A DNA stretch of 64,000 bases from Raja brachyura (GCA_963514005.1 OY740802.1:2604001-2668000), one strand, 5' to 3'. Positions 25,410 through 38,390 are shown, counted from the first letter of the stretch. Numbers and translations: made by a program. Notes: a model not told the origin generated them from the letters alone.

Positions 25410-25635
25410 GTAACACGGTCTAATCTCAGAGTCAGAATGTTGTGGTTCGAATGTTGAGCTCAATGGACTGAAATCCAATACCATTCTGAAGGGATTTCAC
25501 ATTATTGGAGGAACAGTCTTTCAGAAAAGTTGGTGAACCAAGACCTTCTCTATGGAAATAAACAATCCCATAGCAAATTGTGTAAGAAGAGCAGATGAGT
25601 TATCCCTTATTGCCTGGCTAATGTTTATCACTAAT
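25410..25635 (+). mobile_element. Ancient Deu-domain SINE relic (SacSINE/AmnSINE-like); second copy about 61150-61340 on minus strand
   Basis: GAGTCAGAATGTTGTGGTTCGA head, then GGAGG..GTCTTTCAG and AATCCCATAGCA..GAAGAGCAG..GAGTTATCCC..TGCCTGGCTAATGTTTATC, resembling the Deu domain from memory. Confidence 0.55.
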
Positions 25636-25864
25636 GTAACACTACTAACTTACCTAAGGTAGATAAACATGCTGGAGAAACTCAGCGGGTGAGGCAGCAT
25701 CTATGGTGCATTTCGGGTCAAGACCCTTCTTCAGTCACCTATTCCTTCGCTCCATAGATGCTGCCTCACCCACTGAGTTTCACCAGCATTTTTATCTACC
25801 TTCGATTTTTCCAGCATCTGCAGTTCCTTCTTAAACATTTCGACTGCTATCTTATCTTGTCAAA

Positions 25865-26420
25865 AGGTAAGAGTGTTTCATTATCATGTGTCCCGGCAAC
25901 AGAACAATTAAATACTTCCTGCAGCTTTACAGACCCTTGTATTGTGATGCAATAACACACAAATAAATATACAATAATCAGTAAAACAATAAATTAATAA
26001 TCAATAATACTCGATAATCAGACCATAATGAGGCAAAACTGAAAACCAAACCAAAGTCCATAAGTAGGTCATAGTTGCTGAGATAGGGTTTGTGTTGTTT
26101 AGTGTTCAAGAGCCAGATGGTTGCTGGGAAGAAGCTGTTCTTCAACCTGGAGATCATGGTTTTCAGGCTCCTGTACCTTCTTCCTGATGGTAGCAAGGAG
26201 ACGAGAGTGAGGCCAGGGTGGTGTGGATCTTTGATGATATTAGAGTCCTTTTGCTGGCAGTGCCTCCTATTTGGATGGTGGGGAGGTCAGTACCAGTGAT
26301 AAACCGGGCAGTGTCCACCACTTTCTACAGACTTACATTTTTGGGAGTTCACATTGCCCTAATGTTGAGAGCAAGATTGTTGTTCTGGCATCATTCATTC
26401 GGATCATCAATCTCTCTCCA
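25865..26420 (-). mobile_element. Rex1/Babar-clade LINE 3' fragment; another at about 56900-57640 (+), split by a SINE
   Basis: LPSGRRYRSLKTMISRLKNSFFPATIWLLN C-terminal signature. Confidence 0.75.
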
Positions 26421-27099
26421 GTACTTTGTCCGATTCACCGTTCAATAATAGTAGCGTATGTCATTGCAGTCTCAGTGTCATTGCCAGCAGCTTTAGTGGC
26501 ATCCGCATGTTTGTTACATACAGGGAATCTGTGCCTCTATCATGAATAAAAATGGCTTGGTGCACTATACCAAATGCTCCTTTTCCATTTCGTGCCATTT
26601 CATGGGGATTTTTTAGGAGAACATGAGGGTGTTGTATTTGCTCAAGAAGGCTTCGAGCACAGCCTTCTGTCTTTTCAACCGTCCTCTGATCTCTTCCCAC
26701 GACAGAGCGAGGGGTAGGACAGGGCTTGTTTCAGGAGACTGGAGTGAAGCATGTGAATCATGCAGCCTACTAGCACGTCAATGGTGGTGACATGAGCGTG
26801 GGACAAGAGACTGTTACTGATTTGTTTATCCTTCCAGTGAATCATAGGGTCATAAGTGATAGGAGTAGAATTAGGCCGTTCGGCCCATCAAGTCTACTCC
26901 CCCATTCAATCATGGCTGATCCGTCTTCCCCTCTTAACCCCATTCTCCTGCCTTCTCCCGATGACCTCCGACACCTGTACTAATCAAGAAGATTAATCAA
27001 GAAGGATCTAGTGTATTTTGTGGAGGAAAGCTTTTGTAGTATCTTTTAAATGCATGAAGGTGCCGACAGTTAGTCCAGGTCTCAACAGGAGGGCAACTA

Positions 27100-27790
27100 C
27101 TGCTTTGTGTTTTGTGCCTTTTCTTCAAATGACCAAAGACCATGCTGCCGCATTGAAGGTGTTGCCGGATTTCAGCTGCGATGCCTGCCTTTGCTGAGAG
27201 GTGACTTCTGAGATGCGGGGATGCTTTCCGGGTCTTGCTGTCAACCTTTGTTGTTGTGCAGTGAGGCAGATTATCCTGCAGATGTTAAGTGCAGGACCCA
27301 TTCTCTCTAAAGCTTCACTGAACAAGTCAACAATGATTTGGAGCTCAGCCTCACAATGACATATGTCTGCAGACTGGAGCTCAACAACTGAGGTTGCAGT
27401 AACTGTGTTTCTGGAGTAGCAATGGTGCAAAGGAAGCCACATTTTCCAGGGTCTCACTGTGAGTCCACATCCTGCAAATGTTGAGTGCAAGACCAATCCT
27501 CGAGTATGCTTCAGTGAATTATCCAATGATGGCCTCTAACTTGGCCTTCCAATATACGCAAATGCTGGTCGGTAACCTTGATTCTTGAGCATGGTGAACA
27601 GCTTCCCTGTAGGTCTGAACTTTAGCTCCACATCTTCATGACATGACGACTCCCAGAATACTGCAACAAGCATAGGCTCCCCCATCCATTATGCACAGCT
27701 TTTATCAACGTCACAAAAGCTTTTGACTCCATTAATCGGCAGGGTCTGTAGAATACTCTCCCCTGGGTAGCTGCAGAAAATAGTTCTCAT
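27100..27790. mobile_element. RTE-clade LINE relics; also about 38700-39660 (+)
   Basis: Minus-strand ELQSAD..EAELQIIVDLFSEA..MGPALNI; plus-strand AFINVTKAFDSINRQGL. Confidence 0.65.
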
Positions 27791-27794
27791 CTTA

Positions 27795-28335
27795 AGGGCC
27801 TGTCCCACCAGCATGCAACTCTATGCGATGAGCGTGACCTAACGTGGTCGCTTGAGCCGTCCGGCGTCGCGGGGCCGGTCCCACTTCGATCGCCGGAGCC
27901 GTGCGAAATTGTGCGGAGTTCGTCCCGACATCGCGCGGGGTTCCGAAAAACTGACTATGTTCAAAAATTCAGCGCGGCAACGGCTTGTCGGCTCGCAGTC
28001 GCCTCGACGCATTACACACCGCCTCGACGTCATGCCTCCGTGACCCTCTATGTGTGTGGCTCCGTGGCCCTCTGTGTGTGTGCCTCTGTGCCCCTCTCTG
28101 TCCTGGCGAACTTACCTTTAAGACTTCGCTCCAAGTTCGCCTCACTTTGCGCCGCGTTGCGCCACTCACCCGACCTCCACTCGGCCCTCGCTGCCGGTTT
28201 GGTCGCGCTTGCCGCATGCAGGCGCATGCTGGTGGGAACGGCCCTGTACAGGGGATCACCCGACCTCTGCGCGGCCCCCGCTTCTAGTTTGATCGCACTC
28301 ATCGCATGGAGTCGGATGGTGGTAGGACAGGCCCT
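27795..28335. mobile_element. Harbinger-type MITE with duplicated right end
   Basis: TTA then AGGGCCTGTCCCACCAGCATGC; right ends GCATGCTGGTGGGAACGGCCCT (28245) and GGTGGTAGGACAGGCCCT (28335); CpG-rich. Confidence 0.8.
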
Positions 28336-28544
28336 TATGTTTGGTCCATGGAGGTGTACAAGTCTTCATTCCAACCAACATATCCACAGCAAAGCCAATC
28401 TCAGTGAGGAAATGTGTCAAACACAACTGTTTTGTTGCTCCCACTGTCTTTCTCATGACTGTGAGCATTCTAACCATTATGGTATAAACTAGTGCATGTT
28501 AGCAATTATCTACCCTTCTGTAAAGGATTATGGAAGGATTACAG

Positions 28545-29330
28545 AAAAATTCATGATAATCAGCCCAAGACAACATGTTTTTGTGAAAGAGAAACCATGT
28601 TTGACCAGTTCATTTGAGTTCTTTGCTAGAGTAACACGTATTATAGATAAAAGATAATCGAATATACCGTACTTAGAATGTCAGAGGACATTGACAAGTT
28701 GCTGCAATAAGGATCATTGCAGAAAATAAAAGGGGTGATATATTAACAAGGATAGAAGTTTGCTAACAGGCAACAGAAAATAAGCATAAATGTGCCTTTT
28801 ACCATTTAGCACAGGAATCAGTGCTAGGGCTTTAACCTTGTACAATTTGTATAAATCACCGGAATGAAGGAATGGTTGGTATATTTGCTAACGATACATG
28901 GAAAGATATGAAGGCAATTATTGAAGGAACATGAGGAGGCTGCAATGCGCGATATTCAATAAATTAAGAGCTGGCAATGGAGTATAATGTGGGGAAATGT
29001 GAAATGGTCCATTTTGGCACGAAAAATGAAAATAAACGTTATCTAAATGGTAATAGTTTGCAGAGCTCAGGGGTGCAGAGAGAACTGAATTTCCTAGTGC
29101 AAAGGATGAGTAAGTAGGTACAGCAAGTATTGAAATAAATACTGATTACAGAATCTTATCATTTGTTGCTAGGGTAATTGGTTGCAAAGGTTGGTGGGTT
29201 ATGCCTGTTATGTAATGTAAACCAAATAAGGGTTACAAGAAAAGGCTCCTTATTGAAAGGAAGTAAATGTGTCGGAAGAAGTTTAGACAATTTGTAAAGA
29301 AGCTGTGGCTTAATGGGATGGGCTTTACGT
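28545..29330 (+). mobile_element. Old CR1 RT fragment; similar relics at about 21930-22740, 30840-31319, 37365-37740
   Basis: Decayed QHVFVK..PCLT, FANDT and WQWSIMWGNVK-type sequence. Confidence 0.65.
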
Positions 29331-29794
29331 AGCACAATGCATGCACTGTGAAACAAACATGATGTGAAAGTGGATATACCCTCCAGTGATATCACCTCAA
29401 GTCAAATCTTTCCAACATTATTCATGGGTGTGGAGTACCTTCCTTACAGATTTCATATCTTCAGTTTCCCAAATCCGCTTGTAAATGACTAATGCCTGGA
29501 ATGGGAGGAATTCTTCCTGATGAAAGGTTGTGCAGACAGGCTTGTATCCAGTAATGATCAGAAGAGAGAGAGGACCTGGTGCAACATACAAGATCCTGAG
29601 ATGTCCTGACAGCATAAAATGATGCTGTTATACGTTTCACATAGGCCATTTGAGATTAGGTGAATTTTTTGAGTTGAGAGCCTGTGAACCATTTTTAAAA
29701 ATTGAATGGCAGTGGAAGCAGGACCTTTAAATATTTTACTTTTTATTTAAATATTTTATTTACACGGATGTAAATCATCCAATAAAGTTGGCTA

Positions 29795-29933
29795 GATAGA
29801 CTAGATAGCAGTCAGAAGAAGGCTCTCGACCCAAAACGTCACCCATCCAGAGATGCTGCCTGTCCCGCTGAGTTACTCCAGTATTTTGTTTCTATCTTTG
29901 GTTTAACCAGCATCTGCAGTTCCTTCCTATTTT
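29795..29933 (+). mobile_element. Penelope pseudo-LTR derivative (donor of the sequence captured at 42 kb)
   Basis: 13-bp TSD ATAAAGTTGGCTA at 29782-29794 and 29934-29946. Confidence 0.88.
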
Positions 29934-30114
29934 ATAAAGTTGGCTACTTCATCTTGCCCATTTGTTTAAACTTTGTATATTACAATAGGTCTTTATTTTA
30001 AAGTCGATCTCGCCCCCCTATCAGGATTTTCATTTCTGAGATTAACCGGATGATTGGAGGCACATGCATGGATAATATAAAATTCAGGATATTCAATTTA
30101 TATTGGTTTTGCTG

Positions 30115-30465
30115 CCATAAAGTGATACTGTGTGGAAACAGGCCCTTCGGCCCAACTCGCCCACATCGGCCAACAATGTCCCTTCTATCCTTGTCCCAGT
30201 TGCCTGTGCTTGGTCCATAACCCTCCAAACCTGTCCTATCCATGTACCTGTTCAACTGTTTCTTAAACAATGGGACAATGCCAGCCTGAACTACCTGCTC
30301 TGGCAGTTTGTTCCATACACCCACCACCCTCTGTGTGAAAAAGTTACCCCTCGGATTCCTATTAAATCCTTTCCCCTTCACTTTGAACCCATGTCCTCTG
30401 GTTCTCGATTCCCCTATTCTGGGCAAGAGACTCTGTGCATCTACTCGATCTATTCCTCTCATGAT
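30115..30465 (-). mobile_element. CR1/HER1-like 3' fragment; related pieces at about 1950-2335, 4310-4445, 4870-5025, 62190-62705
   Basis: RGIDRVDAQSLLPRIGESRTRGH...FFTQRVVGVWN; 3' end GGGCCGAAGGGCCTGTTTCC shared with the SINEs. Confidence 0.9.
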
Positions 30466-31319
30466 TCTGAGATCAATAAGGCTAAATTTACTCTCCCATT
30501 GTTGTCTTAATCTGCATATTACCTCTTGTCTTGTGTGTGAGTGTCTGTTATATTTAAGGAATCTACCAAACAGGGTTATCATGTCACCATTGTCATTAAG
30601 TCAAATTTGCTTTAAATATTTAACATGATAAAATGAGCACATAAGAAAAACATTTCAACAAGGGTCCCATCCCAAAACGTCATACATCCATGTCCTCCAG
30701 AGATGCTGCCTGACCCGCTGAGTGACTCCAGCACTTTGGGTCATTTTTTGCAAACCAGCATCTACAGTTCCATGTGCCTACATTTTAAGAAGTTTATTAT
30801 CTTTAAAAATAGACAATTCATCCGTGCCAGATAAAACATAGCCCAAGCTCTTAAAAGAAGCAAGGGAGATAGTTGAAGACAATTTTCCAATTCTCCCTGG
30901 CTGCAGTACCGGTGCGAGAAGCGAGCTAACACTGTACCGTTATCTAAAAACAAAGGTTGGGGAAAACCAAGTAATTATTGACTAGTTGATTTAACTTTGG
31001 CGCTGTTCAAAATATCGGAATCCATTTGAAGAGCCGGTATAAACCTTTTAGAAAGGTACTGATTAATCAGGAACAGACAGATGGATGGATTTGTTCAGTG
31101 AACGTGGTGCCGGACTGACTTGATTGAATGCATTGAGGGGGCAACAAGGAGAGTCACTGAGAGATGTGCGTTTATTGAAGACTGCACAGATTTTTAGCAA
31201 GCTTCTACATAGCAGGTGGAGGAACAAATTTGATGTACTACAATCCTTAAAGGAATCAGGACAAGTCACTAAGTTGGTTAAAAAGGCTTATGGGATATTA
31301 TATTTTATTACTTAAGGCA

Positions 31320-31844
31320 TCTATATATATTACTAAAACTCTCATCTTGTTTGTTTGTTTGTATGCGTGCGTGCATGTGAGTGGATTCCGGAAACTCCAT
31401 CAAAATGGTACACGATAGAGCTCCAAATTTTGGCCCACCTTACTCACCATTGTCCTGCGATGTAAATTAAACACGTTTTGTTCAGATTGATGGTATATTT
31501 TACAAGTTATTCACATTTTAAACTGTACAAAAAAAACACTTTCCAACATGCCCGTTTGACATCAGCCGCCCTTAACGTCACAATGACATTAAAATTTTTT
31601 TTTTAAACGCCATGTTTTCATTTTTCGTGTATACTTCCCTGGCCTCACAACGGGGACCCAACGGCTCAATGTATAATTTTGCTTCTACTTTACAAACACC
31701 TCCACGGGTCCTCTATTCACTTTATTAACTTTAACTTAATTTCAGCCGTCAACGGCAGAACTTTGAACGTGGCAGCTACGCATGCGCAATTTGGTGGAAT
31801 ATTGCGTTGGCAAAGCGGGCCGAAAAGGTCAGCACTTGACCTAG
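31320..31844 (+). mobile_element. Non-autonomous Helitron-like element
   Basis: Starts TC (TCTATATATATTACTAAAAC), ends CTAG, inserted between A and T without TSD. Removing it restores CR1-like AAGGCATAGAATATAAA. 5' TGTT microsatellite. Confidence 0.75.
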
Positions 31845-32223
31845 TAGAATATAAATACAGGGAGTAGGAACAAAAACTGCAGATGCTGGTTTATACCAAG
31901 GATAGACACAAAGTGCTAGAGTAACTCAGCGGTTCAGGCAACAAATCTGGAGAAAAACGATGGGAGAGGTTTCGGGTCAGGACAGATGCTGCCTGACCCG
32001 CTGAGTTACTCCAGCACTTTGTGTCTACAATTACTGGGGGGTTATTGCCAGTATTGCAAACAACACTAGTTTGGTCACAGATTGAATGCAACATACAGTA
32101 ATGTTCATCTTATTTCATGAAAGGTGCCTGGCAGCATAGAAGATACATAGGACATATGTGATGTGTAGGATGGCACTGCAGATGCTGGTTTAAACTGAAG
32201 ATAGACACAAAATGCTGGAGTAA

Positions 32224-32760
32224 AAGGGCTGTCCCACTGAGGCGACCTAATTGTTGAGTTTAGAAGAGTTTGCCCTCGACTCATACTCGCAGCATGGTCG
32301 ACACGAGGTCCTATGAGGTCTTTGTAACTCTCCTTCATGCTCGAGAGTAGTCCCCGCGTACTCGAGGCCTCAGCTACGTCGCGGTGTATTTTTCAACATG
32401 CTGAAAAATGCCCGCAAGTAAAAAAAGGTCTATATGTTTTTTACTCGAAGGTTTAGTCGAAGTAGATTGTAGTAGGTCGGCATGTTACTCGCAGGTAATC
32501 GAGGGTAGTCGAAGGTAATCGAAAGTAGTCAAAGGTAGTTGTAGATAGTCTTCAACATAGTTGAAGGGAGGTCGAAGGAGAACGAAGGAGGTCGTCTTCA
32601 CTCTCTACTATTCAGTGTCCAATTTTGCCGAAGCTAGTCTTCAACATAGTCTAAGGAGGTCGAATGAGATATTCTACATAGTTGAAGGAGGTCTTCAACA
32701 TGACACTTTTTCAAACTCTTCTAAACTCGCCAATTAGGTCCCCGCAGTGGGACAGCCCCT
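32224..32760. mobile_element. Harbinger-type MITE, inverted copy of 20108-20610, nested in a Penelope-type repeat
   Basis: Splits GCTGGAG-TAA-CTCAGCGGG at TAA (flanks TAA/TTA); interior is the reverse complement of the 20.1 kb copy. Confidence 0.9.
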
Positions 32761-34121
32761 TTACTCAGCGGGACAGGTAGCATCTCTGGAGAGAAGGAAT
32801 GGGTGACGGTTCGGGTCTGAAGAAGGGTCTCGACCCGAAACGTCACCCATTCCTTCTCTCCAGGCATGCTGCTTGTCCCGTTGAATTACTGCAGCGTTTT
32901 GTGTCTGTCTGCAAATGTGATGCTGGGTTTGGAAAATTGTCCCTGAGGAAAGACAAGATATGATGGGGTATTTACTTATAGGGGACACTTAAATCAAGGT
33001 TTATGCAATTTTGAAAGCCCTTACCAGACAAGATATAGTTTCCTTTAGCTGAGGAGTCAAAAACAAGGGATGCAATTTAAAATAACTTGGGGAAGGATTA
33101 AAGAAACCAGAGAGAACATTGTTAGCTCAATGGATGATATGGCTTTGGAATTCACTGCCCTAAAATGTTTGTCACATATAAGCAGTACTTGGACGTGCAG
33201 TTATAAAGCCATGACAATGGATCAAGTGTACGAGAACATTTTTGCAAATTGGCACGGACACAGAGGGTTGAATGGCCCACTGTGTCTATATTTTCAATGC
33301 TAATTCTATGATTCTGCATGCAATATGGACATTGGAAAACTATGAATCTGTTCAGAATCTCAACATTATTCAGGGTACAAATGTGTCACGGTGAGCATAT
33401 TCCACCAATGGCCAAAGCTAGACACATAAAGCTGGAGTAACTCAGCGGGACAGGCAGCACCTCTGGAGAGAAGGAATGGGTGACGTTTCGGCTCAAGACC
33501 CTTCTTCATCAATGGCCATGTCCACAGCAGCCTTGTCACCTGTCCAGAAGGGGACTGATGGAACAATGCGTAAGCATTGCCCTACCTGAACCCCCTCCCC
33601 CCCCACCAAAAGTATTACCGCCCACATCATCTCCTCTGTGACCCCCTCCTGATCGTTTCCCCCGACCTGGTACAGCTCATTACATCTGGCATGCATGGCA
33701 CACATTGGATTTGCACTCCGTTGAAGAAAGTTTATTCTTCCGTGTTGCCGTGGCACTCACGAGTTATCGTGTGAATTTTAATGAGGTTGGACCATTAAAA
33801 TATTTTGACATCGGAAAATATTTCAGCCGGCTGTCCCATTGCCCTCTTGGTCGTTAAAGTCTGATAGCCACCTGGTGAAGGGTGGCATACTGGAAAGAAA
33901 GCTTTAATTGCTTGTGACGTACTACAAATTGTGCACAATCATCCTTCTTTCTTTCAAGCCTGTTCTGAACAAATATACAATGTTGATGTGAAGGAAACTA
34001 GTTAATGCTGTGGCTAAAACTGCATCCTGATTAACCCTTAGATAGATTTCTATTAAGAAAATGTACTGAATTATTTCAATGGTAATATTAAAACCACTAC
34101 AAGTGGTTTTGGAGAGAATAA

Positions 34122-34313
34122 AGGGCCTGTCCCACTTGCGCGTCATTTGCGTGTCACGCAGATGGCGCACGAATATTTTGTACATCCCAAAATCCTGCGG
34201 CTCCACGCGCGACCACGCGTTGCAGCCTACGTCTCCACGCACGATGCCAGCGCGTCATGCGTCGTGACGTGTAAATGATCTCGCGCAAATGACGCCCAAG
34301 TGGGACAGGCCCT
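34122..34313. mobile_element. Short palindromic Harbinger-type MITE
   Basis: AGGGCCTGTCCCACTTGCGCGTCATTTGCG ... CGCAAATGACGCCCAAGTGGGACAGGCCCT; TSD imperfect (TAA/TTG). Confidence 0.85.
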
Positions 34314-35189
34314 TTGCCTGACTTTATATCTTAGGTAGACAAAAATGCTGGAGAAACCCAGCGGGTGAGGCGGCGTCTATGGAGCAAAGGAATAGGTGAC
34401 GTTTCGGGTCGAGACCCTTCAAGGGTGCCTCACCGCTGAGTTTCTCCAGCATTTTTTGTCTACCTTTGATTTTTCCAGCATCTGTAGTTCTTTCTTAAAC
34501 ATGACTTTATATCTTAGTCAGTAGATATAAAATGATATTCTGAAAGTGAAGGGTTAAACTCATTGTGATCAATGAGAGTTTAGTTTCATGCATCAGGATT
34601 AGATGCTCAGAGTTTTCCTCAGCAACATGCACTATGGTGTGTACGGTGTCAACCTGACCTTTGACCGCACCATTGTGATTACTTTATCATCTTACAGACA
34701 GGTGTCTGGTTTGTACACATGCTGTGGGATTGGCACAGGTTACAAAACAACTTCTGTGGAAATGCTGCACATTAAGCTCCCAAGATGAAACAGTCCCCGG
34801 AGAGAAAAGAAGCATTTAGCGTTTGAAAGTATATATATAAAAGGAAAAAAAAAATCCTGCCTGCTACCTCTTACTGGGCAGAAATTGATTTTGTTATCAT
34901 CTCTCAACATCTAACACAGTGCGAGTCAGTTGAAAAGGAGATTTAGCCATGCTTCAAGTTAATATTTTATAGGTCCATATTCATATTTGAAAAAGTCTCA
35001 TGCACTTTCAATTCCTACTGTTTTCTCAAAGCGCACTACTTAAGCAAGCTTATATTTATCAAAGAAACTGCTTTGTAACATTGTCCTGTAATGACTATCT
35101 CTTCCCAATAGAGGTGCTCTAGTACCACTCATAGACGGAGGTAATGATAGCGTGTCACATATGGTCAGTGTATCACCTGCAGTGGTTTG

Positions 35190-35335
35190 CCACCCATTAT
35201 TCACACTTAGCTGCTGGACCTATCCGATTTTCATCCAGAAGCCAGGTTAGTTCCCACATCTACACTGATGACACACAGCTCTATTTCCAAGCCTCCTGTC
35301 TTGTCCACTGCTCTGCTTCCAATTGTCAGATTTCT
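35190..35335 (+). mobile_element. L2-like RT relic; another at about 39720-40080
   Basis: HIYTDDTQLYF, a decayed YADDTQLY motif. Confidence 0.6.
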
Positions 35336-35854
35336 TGGCCAATATCATTCAAACAAATTCATGTCCAAAAGGAAGACTGCCCGTTTGTACCATTCTACCA
35401 TCAATGGATTCCATCTTTATCTTAGCTTACCCGCGTTGTTACCCTGCCCCTGATTATCCCAATGCTCCCCTGACGTACCATTTGATTCTATCCTGCATAA
35501 ACTCTGGTCTTGTGTTTAATTCACATTATCCAGGTTTGATTAGTAAGGGTGTCAATGGTTATGGGGAGAAGACAGGAGAATTGGGTTCTTCTTCTTATCG
35601 AGTCCACGCACAAGACCAGAAATTGTTCAGCCAGAGCTGAACACACCTCTCGGCATCCGCACACAATGGTGTCTGTCTTGTCACTTCTTGTGCGTGGTGG
35701 TGGAAAGATTGGTGGAAACAGGGCCGTGCGTGAATGCTCTTTCCTTGACCCCGGAGAATGGGGTTGAGAGGGAAAGATGGATCAACCATGAGTGAATGGC
35801 GGGGTAGACTTGATGGGCCAAATGGTCTAACTCTGCTCCTATGACATGAACTTA

Positions 35855-37362
35855 CAGTGCCCTCTATAATGTTTGGGACAAAGACCCATCATTTATTTGC
35901 CTCTGTACTCCACAATTTGAGATTTGTAATACAAAAATCACGTGTGGTTAAAGTGCACATTGTCAGATTTTATTAAAGGGTATTTTTATACATTTTGGTT
36001 TCACCATGTACAAATTACAGCTGTGTTTATACATAATCCCCCCATTTCAGGGCACCATAATGTTTGGGACACATGGCTTCACAGGTGTTTGTAATTGCTC
36101 AGGTGTGTTTAAATGCCTCCTTAATGCAGGTATAAGAGAGCTCTCAGCACCTAGTCTTTCTTCCAGTCTTTCCATCACCTTTGGAAACTTTTATTGCTGT
36201 TTATCAACATGAGGACCAAAGTTGTGCCAATGAAAGTCAAAGAAGCCATTATGGGACTGAGAAACAAGAATAAAACTGTTAGAGACACCAGCCTTACCAA
36301 AGTCTTAGGCTGACCAAAATCAACTGTTTGGAACATCATGAAGAAGAAAGAGAGCACTGGTGAGCTTACTAATCGCAAAGGGACTGGCAGGCCAAGGAAG
36401 ACCTCCACAGTTGACGGCAGAAGATTTTCTCTATAATATAGAAAAATCCCCAAACACCTGTCTGACACATCAGAAACATTCTTCACTAGTCAGGTGAGGA
36501 TTTGTCAATGACCACTGTCCGCAGAAGACTTCATGAACAGAAATACAGAGGCTACACTGCAGGATGCAAACCACTGGTTAGCTGCAAAAATAGATGGCCG
36601 GGTTACAGTTTGCCAAGAAGTACATAAAAGAGCAACCACAGTTCTGGAAAAAGGTCTTGTGGACAGATGAGACGAAGATTAACTTATATCAGAGTGATGG
36701 CAAGAGCAAAGTATGGAGGAGAGAGGGAATTGCTCAAGATCCAAAGCATACCGCCTCATTTGTGAAACACGGTGGTGGGGGTGTTATGGCCTGGGCATGT
36801 ATGGCTGCTGAAGGTACTGGCTCACTTATCTTCATTGATGATACAGCTGCTGATGGTATTAGCATAATGAATTCTGAAGTGTATAGACACATCCTATCTG
36901 CTCAAGTTCAAACAATGAAGAAGGGTCTCGACCCGAAACGTCGCCTATCTCCTTCACTCCTTAGATGCTGCTGCACCCGCTGAGTTTCTCCAGCTTTTTG
37001 TGTAACCCTCATAATTCATTGGTCGGCGGTTCATTCTACAGCAAGACAATGATTCCAAACATACTGCTAAAGCAACAAGGAGTTTCTCAAAGCTAACAAA
37101 TGGTCAATTCTTGAGTGACCAAGTCAATCACCCGATCTGAACCCAGTTGAGCATGCCTTTTATATGCTGAAGAGAAAACTGAAGGGGACTAGCCCCCAAA
37201 ACAAGCATTTGCTAAAGATGGCTGCAATACAGGCCTGGCAGAGCATCACCAGAGAAGACACCCAGTAACTGGTGATGTCCATGAATCGCAGACTTCAAGC
37301 AATCATTGCATGCCAAGGATATGCAACAAAATACTAAACATGACTACTTTCATTTACATGAC
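35855..37362 (+). mobile_element. Second copy of the same Tc1 family, right end displaced
   Basis: TA then CAGTGCCCTCTATAATGTTTGGGAC left TIR with inner direct repeat CAGGGCACCATAATGTTTGGGAC. Disrupted transposase from ATG 36209, interrupted by a young Penelope-type insert at about 36916-37008. Confidence 0.95.
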
Positions 37363-37742
37363 CTTACAGTGGGAAGCAATATGGATCGATTATTTACAGC
37401 TTATATGAATGACTTAGATGAAGAGGATATAACCTGACTAGATTTATGTACAATATAATGCTCAGTGGAAAGGTAGCTGTTAGCAGGACACAAGAAAATC
37501 TACAAACTGATATAAATTGGTTCCACAAGGCAGTGGCCTGTCGGAATATATTATGAGAAAATGTAAGGTTTTGCATTTTAGGGCAAAGAGAAAATTAGAA
37601 TATATTTTGAACACTGAGAAGCTAGTAAATGTTGGTATTCAGAAGGTCCTTGGTGTGCTGTTCAAGAAATACAGTTCTAACAAACAATTAGGAAGGCAAA
37701 TGTTTTGTCAGCTTGTATTGCAAAGGGATTTGGGTGGAAAAG

Positions 37743-37876
37743 TACAGTGCCCACCATAAACCATGTGTCCCAACATTATGGTGCCCTGAAATGGGGGGAC
37801 TATGTATAAATGCTGCTGTAATTTCTACATGGTGAAACCAAAATGTATAAAAATGACCTTTATTAAAATCTGACAA
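37743..37876 (+). mobile_element. Rearranged Tc1 TIR fragment
   Basis: TACAGTGCCCACCATAA (left-end tip) fused to right-TIR interior TGTGTCCCAACATTATGGTGCCCTGAAAT... Confidence 0.85.
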
Positions 37877-37879
37877 CTA

Positions 37880-38390
37880 TGAGAACTAATGAAGCATTGC
37901 CAACCCCTCACTCAGACTGGATCATCTGCTGCCTCTTGTGGAGGAAGTATCCCCAGGCTCCCCAAATGGCTTCAGATTTCACCATTGTTGTGATCTTTGC
38001 AGAAGACGCTCTTCGGTCTGCCCGAGCATTGTTGACCACCCAGTGGAGCGAGATGTCCGTCGGGGAATGTTGCCAACTGGCACGCTGCTGACTGCTGGAG
38101 TACATGCTGAGGGGCACACTGAAGCTCGGTGCAGCCAACACCAAGGCTCTATGGGGGAGAACCACAGCCTAGAGTCCTTCCGCTACTGGACATGGGGGGC
38201 AGGGTGTGGTGGACACGCCCCTCAAAATAAGGGAAGGGAGTGGCTAGGGCGGGGGGATAAATTTGTGATTTGGGGAAACTGTATTGTATGTATGTATAGC
38301 CTCCGAGAATGTCGGATGGAGTTTTGTAAGAATCATGCATTGTATATATATATTTCTTGAATAAAGACTATTTTGAAATTTAAAAAAAGA
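37880..38390 (+). mobile_element. L1/Tx1-like LINE 3' end
   Basis: Decayed coding sequence (DALRSAR...ECCQLAR) then AATAAA and an A-rich tail. Confidence 0.55.
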
